The notes under the pieces are model-generated. The model saw only the letters and a program-made list of their open reading frames with translations. It ran no database searches and was not told the origin of the DNA. 64,000 nt of DNA from Pelagomonas calceolata (Eukaryota), in NCBI GenBank assembly GCA_918797485.1, contig CAKKNE010000002.1, positions 248,001-312,000 on the forward strand, given 5' to 3'. The first letter of the stretch is position 1, and every line of letters begins with the position of its first letter. Below are positions 41,556-52,442 of this stretch, one piece after another. The position numbers and the translations under genes were made by a program.

Positions 41556-44254
41556 TCAGAAGAACCGCCGCGGCTTCGCGTTCTCGGCGCCCGGCGGCGG
41601 CGGCGGCGCGTCGGCCTGCGCCGCGGCGAGGCGCTTCTGCTTGTCGGCGAGGGCCTTGTGCGACGCGAGGGCCTTGGACTTGGCGAGGACCTGGGAGTCC
41701 GTGGCGTTCGCGCGGCGGCCGCCCTTGAGCGCGAAGGCCCGGTCGACGGCCGACTGCGCCGACGCCGACAGCGCGACGCGGGGCCGCGCGGGCGCCGGCC
41801 TGGGCGCGGCGGCGGCCGCGGCGGGCGCGTCCCGGGCGGGCCGCGCGGTGCGCGCGAGCACCGGCCCGGCCGCGTCCGTCCGCGCGCCGCGGATCCGCGC
41901 CGCGGGCGCGGGCGCGGGCGCCGCCGGGTCGGCCTTGGCCGCCGCGGCCGCCGCGCGCTTGGCGTTGCGTTCCTTGGCGGCGAGCTTGCGCCGGAGCTTG
42001 TCGCGGCTGCGGCGGACCTCGGACGCGAAGCCGTCCAGCGCGCCGAAGACGAGCTTGAGCGCGGCCGCCGCGGGGCCGCCCGTGGCGCCGAAGTAGGCCC
42101 GGCACTTCTTCGTCGCCGCGTCGAGGGCGGCGATCTTGGCCTCGAGGCCCGCGACGGCCTTGGCCGCCTCGTCGACGCAGCGGCCGGCCTCGACGACGAA
42201 GCGCACGGTGGCCTGGGCGTCCAGCGCCGCCCGGCCCTTGGCCGTCGCCGGCGCGGCGGGGCTCGCGACCTCGGGCGCCGGCGCCTCGCCGCTCTTCTTC
42301 CGGAGGGCCGCCGCGCGCTTGCGGTCGGCCGACGACAGCGACGCCTCCGCCGCCTTGGCCTCGGCCTGGACCTGGGCCAGCCCGCTCCGGAGCTTGCGCA
42401 GCGCGCCGCGCGTGTGGTCGTCGTCGACGTAGCGCGCCGCCTCGGCGAGCGACGGCAGCGCGTCGACGAAGTCGAGGTCCGCGGCCTGGCCCCGCTCGGC
42501 GAAGATCTCGGCCACGTAGTCCACGAGGTTCGCGCCGCCCTTGCCCCGCGCCGTGGCGAAGGCCCCGAGCGAGCCCAGCGCCACGCCGGCCGCGTCGCCG
42601 CTCGCGAGGCCCGAGTTCAGCGCGTTGCCGGCCTTGAGCAGGTAGCGCAGCACGCGGCCGAGGCCCTCGGACCCGACGAGCGCGGCGACGGCGGCCGCGA
42701 CCTTGTCCGCCGCGCGGCACGCGTCCCACGCCTGCTCGTCGAACTCCGCGCGGAAGCACGCGGCCTCGACGCGCGCCGCGAAGCGCGGCCACCGCAGCGC
42801 CGCCGCGAAGAAGCGCTCGGGCCGCGCGAGGCGCGCGGCGTCGTTCGCCGCGTCGTCGACGTACGACCGCACGAGGGCCTCCTCCTCGGGCGTCGGCAGC
42901 TGCACCTGCAGGCTCCGCAGCTTCGGCCCGTCGAGCCACTCCGAGAGCGAGGCGACGGCCCGGCACAGCGCGTCGTCGTCGCCGCGGTACTGCCGCGAGA
43001 AGTACTCGAGCCCGATGGCCACGTTCGCGGCGCGGCGCGAGTCCTCGAGCAGCGACACCTTCTTGAGCGAGGCCGGCTCCGCGGCGCCGCCGGCGGCGGC
43101 GGCGCGGTCGGCGGCCCGGGCCTTGGCCGGCGGCGGCTTGCTCGCGAAGATCTCCTCGAGCAGCGCGAGGTCGTCGTCGGCCTCGTCCGCCGGCGACGCG
43201 GCACCCCAGACCGTCGCGCCGACGTCGACGGACGCGTCGAGCTTCGTCCAGTGCAGCTGCTTCGTCTTGCGCGGCGCGGGCGTCCGCGCGGGCGCCTTCG
43301 CCGCCGTCGCCGGGGGCGCGGGCGGCGCGGCGGCGCCGCACACGGCCGCGACGTCGGCCTCGGACCGGCCCTCGCGGCGCATGCGGTCGCCCACGGCGCC
43401 CGGCGGCACGCGCATGCGCAGCATCTTGCGGTAGGGCTCGAGCGCCGCGGCGTCGGCCGCCGGCGCCGGCGCCGGGGCGGCCGCGGCGGCCGCGGCGGCC
43501 GCGCCGGGGTCGAGCGTGCTCGCGAGCGCGTCGGCGACGCCGTCGCGCCGCGCGGCGGCCTGCGCGCGCGACTCGACCGGTGAGAGGCGGGGCCGCGAAA
43601 CTGGAGATTTCCGCGCGGGCGCCGCGCCGCGGCCGTGCTGGGCGGCACGCCCATCTTGACCATCTTGCGGTACTTGGCCAGCGGGTCGTCCCCCGCGTCC
43701 GCCGCCGCCGCCGCGGGCGTCTCGAACGCGACGCGGCCGCGGCACTGGCGCGGCGTCACGCCGCGCCGGACGTCGTAGCGCGGCAGCGGCGAGTTCGCGC
43801 CCAGCAGCTTGCGCGCGGCGCGCTCCTGCTCGTCGTCGAAGGCGCGCTCGCCGAGGCCGCTCCGCTTCAGCTTCGCGCGGATCGCCGCGAGCGCCTCGTC
43901 GCGCAGCTCCGGCCGGACGCCCGACGCCGCGAGGCGCTCGCCCACGACGTCCAGCGGCACGTCGTGGATCACGTGCATCGACAGCGCCGCGCCGAGCACC
44001 TTGTCCCGGTTCCGCAGCAGGCGCTCCGCGTCCTCGGGCGTCAGCGTCTCGCGGCGCCGGCGCAGCTCGAAGGACCGCCGGCGCGACCGGTCCAGCGGCG
44101 TCAGGTAGCACGGGGCCGTCGCGTTCGTCGGCGTCGTCACCGCGGCGGGCTGCGCGGCGCCCGCGCGCTTGGCGAGCATGGCGTTCAGGGCGTCCGGCTT
44201 CGGCTTTCCGGCGCGCTGCGCGAGCATGGCTTCTAGGGCCGCGTTTTTGCCCAT
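41556..44254 (-). CDS. Formin (FH2 domain), 2 exons
   Basis: KTKQLHWTKL..TVW, VSLLEDSRRAANVAIGL, LPTPEE, LARPERF, LLKAGNALN; two YRKMxxMxVPP repeats upstream. Confidence 0.9.
43560..43627 (-). mobile_element. Decayed introner intron (about 68 nt, GC-AG; donor could also be 43630 or 43633)
   Basis: 5' CCGCGCGGAAATC TIR remnant; 3' CTCAC..GCGCGCAG; donor 43627 gives the same VPP-to-G spacing as the second repeat copy. Confidence 0.72.
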
Positions 44255-44979
44255 TATTTTTCCTCTTGTACGCTCTGCGGCGCGCGCGCGTTTTTAGTGC
44301 TGCCGGCGCCCACCAAGCGGCGGCTGTGGCAGCAGCAGGTCTCCAAGTCTTCCGGGCACTGCACGAGAGCAGTGATTACGCGGGCACGGCTCAGCGGCCC
44401 CGCGCGCTGCGCAAACTGCCTTGACGAGCGGGACGAAACCCGCACTAAAAGGTTCAGCTTTCAGGGCCACAACAAGTGATTAAGCATGAACCCACGCGTG
44501 TCCCGTCTCGCCGCCCGTCTCGCGCTTTGCGTCGGCGCACTAGACTGAGCCTCTGAGACGGCGTCTGCGAGGCAAAAAATCAGCCTATTAGCGCGCGCTA
44601 CAGCGCTGCTCCGAAGCTTTGGGCTTCTCCGGGAGCCTATCCAGCGAGGACTGCTCGCCGCTGCGCTGCGCCAGCTCTCAGCGCGCCGCCGCGGCTCTCC
44701 TGAGCCAGCACAGCTGTGTTTCTGGCTGGGCTCCATAGGACGACACGGCGCCGCCGTCACACGGCCCACGATCACTTAGTATGTCCGTCCGTGATTCACG
44801 CCGCTGGACTTTGCTTCCTCTTGGGTGACAATGTTTACCTGATAACCGGGTGATCACGTGGCCGTCGGAAAAGTGGTCGGGCTGAGTGGCGGTGGTCTGC
44901 TCCGAAACGTTCTCATGGACGCGGCCTGCGGGGTACACAAGGTCGTGAGCTGCGTACCGCTGTGCGGCGCACCTCAAAT

Positions 44980-47581
44980 GGCCTCGACGACGTCAGACGC
45001 CGGCCGCACCGTCCTTCTCAAGGTCGCGGCGCTTCGAGGGCTGCTTCTTAGTTGTTCTGGTGCGTGACCTGCGCCGTCGCGACCACGGGCGACGACGGGT
45101 CCTCCAGTTCGTGATCTAATGCTGATCTCGCGCCTCGACGCGGGCCGCGCCGTCCTGGACCAGGTCAAGGCGCTTCGAGGGCGGCGTGTTATGTGATCGT
45201 GACCTGTACTCGGCGTCGCCGTGAGCAAGGGCGACGTCGGATCTACCAAGTCGTGATCTCTCGCTGATCTTGTGCCTCGACGCGGGCCGCGCCGTTCTGG
45301 ACCAGGTCAAGGCGCTTCGAGGGCGGCGTGTTACATGATCGTGACCTGTACTCGGCGTCGCCGTGAGCAAGGGCGACGTCGGATCTACCAAGTCGTGATC
45401 TCGCTGATCTTGTGCTCGACGGGCGCGCCGTCCTGGACCAGGTCAAGGCGCTTCGAGGGCGGCGTGTTATGTGATCGTGACCTGTACTCGGCGTCGCCGT
45501 GAGCAAGGGCGACGTCGGATCTACCAAGTCGTGATCTCTCGCTGATCTTGTGCCTCGACGCTGGCGCGCCGTTCTGGACCAGGTCAAGGCGCTTCGAGGG
45601 CGGCGTGTTACATGATCGTGACCTGTACTCGGCGTCGCCGTGAGCAAGGGCGACGTCGGATCTACCAAGTCGTGATCTCTCGCTGATCTTGTGCCTCGAC
45701 GCGGGCCGCGCCGTCCTGGACCAGGTCAAGGCGCTTCGAGGGCGGCGTGTTACATGATCGTGACCTGTACTCGGCGTCGCCGTGAGCAAGGGCGACGTCG
45801 GATCTACCAAGTCGTGATCTCTCGCTGATCTTGTGCCTCGACGCGGGCCGCGCCGTCCTGGACCAGGTCAAGGCGCTTCGAGGGCGGCGTGTTATGTGAT
45901 CGTGACCTGTACGGCGTCGCCGTGAGCAAGGGCGACGTCGGATCTACCAAGTCGTGATCTCGCTGATCTTGTGCCTCGACGCTGGCCGCGCCGTCCTGGA
46001 CCAGGTCAAGGCGCTTCGAGGGCGGCGTGTTACATGATCGTGACCTGTACTCGGCGTCGCCGTGAGCAAGGGCGACGCCGGATCTACCAAGTCGTGATCT
46101 CGCTGATCTTGTGCCTCGCGCGGGCCGCGCCGTTCTGGACCAGGTCAAGGCGCTTCGAGGGCGGCGTGTTACATGATCGTGACCTGTACTCGGCGTCGCC
46201 GTGAGCAAGGGCGTCGGATCTACCAAGTCGTGATCTCTCGCTGATCTTGTGCCTCGACGCGGGCCGCGCCGTCCTGGACCAGGTCAAGGCGCTTCGAGGG
46301 CGGCGTGTTATGTGATCGTGACCTGTACTCGGCGTCGCCGTGAGCAAGGGCGACGTCGGATCTACCAAGTCGTGATCTCGCTGATCTTGTGCCTCGACGC
46401 GGGCCGCGCCGTTCTGGACCAGGTCAAGGCGCTTCGAGGGCGGCGTGTTACATGATCGTGACCTGTACTCGGCGTCGCCGTGAGCAAGGGCGACGTCGGA
46501 TCTACCAAGTGGATCTCTCGCTGATCTTGTGCCTCGACGCGGGCCGCGCCGTCCTGGACCAGGTCAAGGCGCTTCGAGGGCGGCGTGTTATGTGATCGTG
46601 ACCTGTACTCGGCGTCGCGGTGAGCAAGGGCGACGTCGGATCTACCAAGTCGTGATCTCTCGCTGATCTTGTGCCTCGACGCGGGCCGCGCCGTCCTGGA
46701 CCAGGTCAAGGCGCTTCGAGGGCGGCGTGTTATGTGATCGTGACCTGTACTCGGCGTCGCCGTGAGCAAGGGCGACGTCGGATCTACCAAGTCGTGATCT
46801 CTCGCTGATCTTGTGCCTCGACGCGGGCCGCGCCGTTCTGGACCAGGTCAAGGCGCTTCGAGGGCGGCGTGTTACATGATCGTGACCTGTACTCGGCGTC
46901 GCCGTGAGCAAGGGCGACGTCGGATCTACCAAGTCGTGATCTCTCGCTGATCTTGTGCCTCGACGCGGGCCGCGCCGTCCTGGACCAGGTCAAGGCGCTT
47001 CGAGGGCGGCGTGTTATGTGATCGTGACCTGTACTCGGCGTCGCCGTGAGCAAGGGCGACGTCGGATCTACCAAGTCGTGATCTCTCGCTGATCTTGTGC
47101 CTCGACGCTGGCCGCGCCGTTCTGGACCAGGTCAAGGCGCTTCGAGGGCGGCGTGTTACATGATCGTGACCTGTACTCGGCGTCGCCGTGAGCAAGGGCG
47201 ACGTCGGATCTACCAAGTCGTGATCTCGCTGATCTTGTGCCTCGACGCGGGCCGCGCCGTCCTGGACCAGGTCAAGGCGCTTCGAGGGCGGCGTGTTACA
47301 TGATCGTGACCTGTACTCGGCGTCGCCGTGAGCAAGGGCGACGTCGGATCTACCAAGTCGTGATCTCTCGCTGATCTTGTGCCTCGACGCGGGCCGCGCC
47401 GTCCTGGACCAGGTCAAGGCGCTTCGAGGGCGGCGTGTTATGTGATCGTGACCTGTACTCGGCGTCGCCGTGAGCAAGGGCGACGTCGGATCTACCAAGT
47501 CGTGATCTCTCGCTGATCTTGTGCCTCGACGCGGGCCGCGCCGTTCTGGACCAGGTCAAGGCGCTTCGAGGGCGGCGTGTT
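44980..47581. repeat. Tandem array of a 142-bp unit, about 17.4 near-identical copies (45108-47581) plus one degenerate copy
   Basis: Anchor GGATCTACCAAG found 17 times (45239 to 47488) at spacings of 136-142, mode 142. Confidence 0.98.
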
Positions 47582-47639
47582 CATTGAGCTGGTGTGTGAC
47601 CGACGCCGCTGCTCTGAACTGCAGCTCGCCACCGCGCAA

Positions 47640-49580
47640 TTAGATGTCCATCGATTTAGGGGCGGCGTCATAGGCGGTGAGCGCCTTCGCATTAAACGCG
47701 GCCAATGCGTCCCTAAAGTCGGATCTATTACCGACCGAGAACTTGAGTTTGAGCTCGGCGAATGACGCGTCGAGCTCGGCAGCAGGGTCGGCCGGCGGCG
47801 CCGCCACGGGTGCTGCTGGTTGTTGTACTAAGGGCGCCGAGCCGCCGCCGTCCACGGCCGCTACGGACTCCGGCACCGCGTCGGCGGCCGGCGCCTCGGT
47901 CATCGGAGTGTTCTCATCTTCCGACTCGAGCGGCGGCGGCGCGGTCTGTTCTACTACATCGGGCGGCGGCGGCTGCTGCAAAGCGTCGTCGTCGCCTAGC
48001 GCCATCGGCATGCCCACGGCGGCGTCCGCCGGCGCCTCGACGCTCGCCTCCTCAACGGTCTCGGGCTCCTCGTTGTCGGATTCATCGTCCGACGACGACT
48101 CATCCTGGCGCGGCTGCACGCGCGCTCTCATGACTTCGAGGGTCTCTTCGTCATCGCTCTCAGAATCGTCGGCGGCGGCCGACGGCGCCTCGGCGGGCGC
48201 CTCCTCAACGGTCTCGGGTAATACGGAGTCGCACGGCTCGGTGCACTTCCGACCCCCGTCTGCACAGGTCCAGTGTGCGCCTTCAACTACTACGGTGCCT
48301 TTCTCGCGGAGGCGCCACTGTCCACACTTGTCGCAACAGGACCATGGCCTGTCCTGTCCTGTTTGGTAGAAGTAGTTTTTGACCTGGTTGTCGGTGCGGC
48401 CGTTGCCCAGCCGCTGAGCGATCTTCGGCCACTTTCCCCTCGTGTTGCGGAACTTCTCCTCCAACACGACTATCATGCGCTTCTCGGGTTTGGTCAGGGG
48501 CGTTTGGTTCGACTGGAGAGACTCGTAGTGCTCCGTGACGTACCTTCGTTCCCACTCCTTTCCACCCTTTCGCGGCACGCCCAGCTAACGCATGGCCTCC
48601 GCGCTCGCGCATGCGATGGTCGAATAGTGGGCGTTTCTCTCGAGGAGCGCCCGGACATGCGCTTCGACTCGCAGCGGCGCCACGATATCATCTCCATTGT
48701 ACATGCCCTGCCGAGTGTGGTCCATCGCGCGCGGGTTACTTGGATCGACGTGATATTTGACGTCTTCGTTGATGAGCTCGTGTCGGAACTCCGTCATGTG
48801 GCCGTGGGCCGTTTTGCACGTGTGCGCGACCGACGAGGCGAACCCGACGAATTCGAGGACTAGAGCAGCTTCACGCTTCTGAAGGGCTAACAATGGCGAC
48901 ACCGGCGGTCGCGGCTGCGGCGGCAGCTGGTGCGTCGGCGCGGCCGGCGGTGGTTGTCTGGCGTCCGGCGTCGGCGACTGGGGCCGCGGCGGGCCGGTCG
49001 ACGGCGCCGCGGCGGCGTCGTCGAAGTTGAGGACCGTCGCGTCGCGCGCGGCGTCCGACGTGCGCGAGACTTTGGCCGGCGGCGGCCGGCGCGCCGGGCT
49101 CTTCTTGGATACGACCGGCACGCTGCGCTTCGTCGAGCCGGGCGGCGCCTTGTTCTCGGCGAGCGGCGGCCGCGACGCGCCGCTGCGGCGCGGGCAGTCG
49201 TCACACGAGGGAGGCGGCGGCCCGTCGGGCAGCGGTGCCGTCGTCGCCGGGGGTGCGGTAGTATGGGTGTAAATCGAATGATCATCGGAGAGCGCTCGGC
49301 CGAGTTCGTCGACCCTCGTCACGTCGCCCCTCAGCACCATCTTCGTGTTGTAGAATCCAGCGAGGTCCTCTCCTTTTTCGTTGATGAATCGGACGCAGAG
49401 CTTTCCGTCGTCGGCGACGTATAATACGCGCGCAAAGCGACCTCGGTAACAGACCGGCTCCAGGCCGCCGGCGGCCATGGCCGCGGCGAAATTTGCCGAC
49501 TGGCGCTCCGCTTCCGGCGCCCAAGCAAAAAGACCGAGGTCGTCGATCTCAGGCGGCTCGATGTAGGTTGTTTCCGCCAT
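47640..49580 (-). CDS. Myb-repeat + CW-type zinc-finger protein interrupted by an in-frame TAG at 48585-48587 (pseudogene or recoded)
   Basis: KWPKIAQRLGNGRTDNQVKNYF (Myb); WSCCDKCGQWR..WTC..C (CW finger); the two ORFs share a frame and the TAG falls in a degenerate first Myb repeat. Confidence 0.65.
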
Positions 49581-50230
49581 GGCGAGTGGCGACTGGACAC
49601 GCAGCGGCCGTGACGAGCCCGCGTCTGCCGGCAAAGACGAGTCGAGCGTGGATTTCGCGGCGCCGCCCGCGTTTAGAGCGATGCGACTGAGCACGTGTGA
49701 GGCGTAGCCCTGCTCTGCGTCCGCTAGCGGGCGAGCTAGTCGAGCTTGTAAGTCCTAGCAGCACTCGAAAAGAGGTTTCGAGGAGGTTTTTGGTGCTCGT
49801 TTCTATGTGAGGCTAACGATATTGATTGATAATTGCGAAATTCAAGCAATACTATAGGATTCTGCAAGCTACAGTCTCGACTGAGCTTCAAAAATCGATG
49901 AGCAGGCGGCTCCCTAGTATCTTACTGTCGCTAGCACCAAGCCCAACGATGGCCACACGAGAGGACAAGCGTGCGTTCACGGGTCCTCGACAGGCTCGTC
50001 GTTTGATTTGCCTCCAGGGCTTTCCCAACTTAGCTGCTTCTTTGGACCCGATGGCGCCCCGTCGCCGTCGAACGCGCGGCGTCTCCCCTAGGCTAGTCCT
50101 AGCACGAAGCCTCGGAAATCAACGTCAAAGATCGGCTTTTCCCATATGTGGAGTTACGGCGGTCCGGAGGCCAAAAAAGCAATAGCAAAAGAGGCAACTG
50201 GCGTGTAAATAAAAACGCAACCGGATAATA

Positions 50231-51982
50231 TTAGAGCCGCCGCGCGATCCGCGCCGCGATCCGCTTCTTCGCCCAGGCCGGCAGGACGCGCTGCGCGACG
50301 GCGCCGCACCGCTCGCGCGTCCGCCGGCCGACGGCGCGCCAGAGGTCCCGGAGCCGCGGCTCGCCGCCGGAGTCCTCGGCGGCCTGCGCCTCGGGCCGCG
50401 CCCAGGGCGGCGGCAGGCCCGGCTCGCGCTCGCGCGCGGCCTGCTCCCACGCGTCGGCGAGCGAGTAGTTCACCTCGAGCTTGGACGCGATGCCGCGGAT
50501 GATGACGGCCGCGCGGCCCATGAGCACGAGCGCCTGGGGGAAGGACTTGAGCCGCTTCAGGGGCGAGTCCGCCGAGAGCTCGTCGGCCGAGTAGCCGCCC
50601 GGGATCTCGTCGACGGACTTGTCGCCGAAGAGCGTGACCGCGATGGCGGCGAGGCAGGCGTCGTCGTCGAGGTCCGCCGCCGCCTTCGTCGGCTCGTAGA
50701 GCTCGTCGACGTCGCGCGGCCGCAGCTCGACGCCGTACGCGCGGACGGCGTCGCCGAGCGCGGCGAGCGCGGCGCGGTCCGAGGGCGCCGCGCGGTAGGC
50801 CTGGAGCCGCGCGATGACGGCGCCGAGGCGCTCGACGTCCGCGGCCGACAGCTGCTTCGTCTGGCCGCAGTCGAGGAGCGCGACGTCGCCGCCCGGCTGG
50901 ACGAAGACGTTGCCCGGGTGCGGGTCGCCGTGCACGAAGCCCGCCCCGAAGATCATGCGCGCGTAGGCCTCGCCCAGGGCCCGCACGATGCGGCTCCCGA
51001 GGATCTTGGCCTCGGGCGAGCCCGGCTCGACGCCCCGCTTCTTCGCCTCCGCCGCGAGGTTGTTGAGCGACACGCCCTCGACGAACTCCATGACCAGCAC
51101 CTTCGTCGTCGCGAGGCCGGGCACGGCGCGCGGCACGCGGAGCGGCGCCGGCGCCGCGCGGCCGTCGGGCCGGAAGCGCACCGCCGCGTGCAGCTTCTCC
51201 ATGGCCTGGGCCTCCTGGAGGAAGTCGAGCTCGCCCTCGAGCACGTCCCCCAACTCCGAGAAGACGACGTAGTAGTCCACGGGCAGCGCGTCCGCCAGCA
51301 GCTTCGCGAATCGCTTCAGGTTCGCGACGTCGGCGCGCAGCAGGGGCTTGGCGCCCGGCCGCTGCACCTTGACGGCGACGCGGCGGCCGTCGAGCAGCGT
51401 CGCGGCGTGCACCTGCGCGATCGACGCGCAGCCGAGCGGTTTTTCTTCAAAGTCACTGAAGAGCTCATCGAGAGTGCCGTCGCCGCAGAGTTCCCGTCTC
51501 ACGACCTCCTTGACGACGTCCGTCGGGATCGGCGCGAGGCCCTCCTGGAGCACCTGCAGCTTGTCGCAGTAGGGCTTCGCGAAGAGGTCGACGCGCGTCG
51601 ACAGCACCTGGCCGCTCTTCACGTAGAAGCCCTGCAGCTCGAGGATCGCGTCGCGCAGCTTGTCGCTGCCCCACTCGTCGAGCTCCGAGTACTCGGCGGA
51701 GCACTCCTCCTCGTCGGCACAGCGCTGCTCGAGGTCGAGCTCCGCCAGCTTGTACCGCGCGAGGATGGGCAGCACGCGCGAGTAGAACGTCAGGCTCCGG
51801 CTCAGGCGCTCCGTCACGCTCAGCGCCTTGCGCTCGCCGACGTCGAGCGGCAGCACGTCCTCCGCGGCCTCCGGCGGCGGCGCGAGCGTCGACGCGGGGA
51901 CGGTGCCGCTCCGCGTCGGTGCCGGCGCCTGCAACGCTGCGACGCCGACGAGCACCAGCGCTATTTGCAGCATGATTTTCAT
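50231..51982 (-). CDS. ABC1/UbiB atypical kinase (ABC1K), probably plastid-targeted
   Basis: GFYVKSGQVLSTRVDL, PLGCASIAQVH, VAVKVQRP, ELDFLQEA, VLVMEFVEG, FVHGDPHPGN, LLDCG. Confidence 0.95.
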   Translation of the reverse strand: MKIMLQIALVLVGVAALQAPAPTRSGTVPASTLAPPPEAAEDVLPLDVGERKALSVTERLSRSLTFYSRVLPILARYKLAELDLEQRCADEEECSAEYSELDEWGSDKLRDAILELQGFYVKSGQVLSTRVDLFAKPYCDKLQVLQEGLAPIPTDVVKEVVRRELCGDGTLDELFSDFEEKPLGCASIAQVHAATLLDGRRVAVKVQRPGAKPLLRADVANLKRFAKLLADALPVDYYVVFSELGDVLEGELDFLQEAQAMEKLHAAVRFRPDGRAAPAPLRVPRAVPGLATTKVLVMEFVEGVSLNNLAAEAKKRGVEPGSPEAKILGSRIVRALGEAYARMIFGAGFVHGDPHPGNVFVQPGGDVALLDCGQTKQLSAADVERLGAVIARLQAYRAAPSDRAALAALGDAVRAYGVELRPRDVDELYEPTKAAADLDDDACLAAIAVTLFGDKSVDEIPGGYSADELSADSPLKRLKSFPQALVLMGRAAVIIRGIASKLEVNYSLADAWEQAAREREPGLPPPWARPEAQAAEDSGGEPRLRDLWRAVGRRTRERCGAVAQRVLPAWAKKRIAARIARRL

Positions 51983-52442
51983 CTCTCTGGCCTTTCAAGC
52001 AATCTCTTGCAAGAAGTCGTTGCACAACGCACGACTGAGCGATGCAATTTTGATCAATGCACAACAAGTTGTTCAGCAATTGCATATATCGCGCGTATGC
52101 GCGTCAACAAAGCCACGACACAAATCTCGCAAGCTGCGCCCGGGTTTTTGGAATCCTTCTCGTCTTCCTCTCGAGTGTTGATTAGCCTAAAAGTATATCC
52201 TTCTCGCTTTCAGACAGGTCAAAAACCTGATTTCCCAAAGCCAAAAGAGAGAGCTTGGCAAACAGCCTGATTATCAAGCGCTCAGGCCAAGCCGCTGCGC
52301 GCCCTTTTGCGGCGTATAGCCTTGACTGCTCCTCGCCTCGCCCGCCTCAGCAACAACAGGCAAAGGCTGTTTGTTCGATCCCGTCTGCTAGCGGGTCATC
52401 TGAGCAGCCCAGCGGTTTCCACGCGCGCGCTCACGCGCAAAT

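Noticed and set aside
43560..43633. 15-bp target-site duplication at the formin intron
   Set aside because: The match lies in GCC/GCG low-complexity Ala codons, and repeat spacing favours the donor at 43627
45108..47581. CRISPR array
   Set aside because: Units are identical along their whole length, with no unique spacers and no cas genes, and the DNA is eukaryotic
45108..47581. Ankyrin-repeat gene, because the hypothetical spliced unit is 33 aa
   Set aside because: The peptide lacks the TPLH/AA/G-H ankyrin core, and recurrent indels break the frame
45108..47581. tRNA or hammerhead-ribozyme array (GGCGC-TTCGAGG-GCGGC resembles a T-arm; CTGA is present)
   Set aside because: No full cloverleaf or acceptor stem, and no CUGANGA/GAAA core
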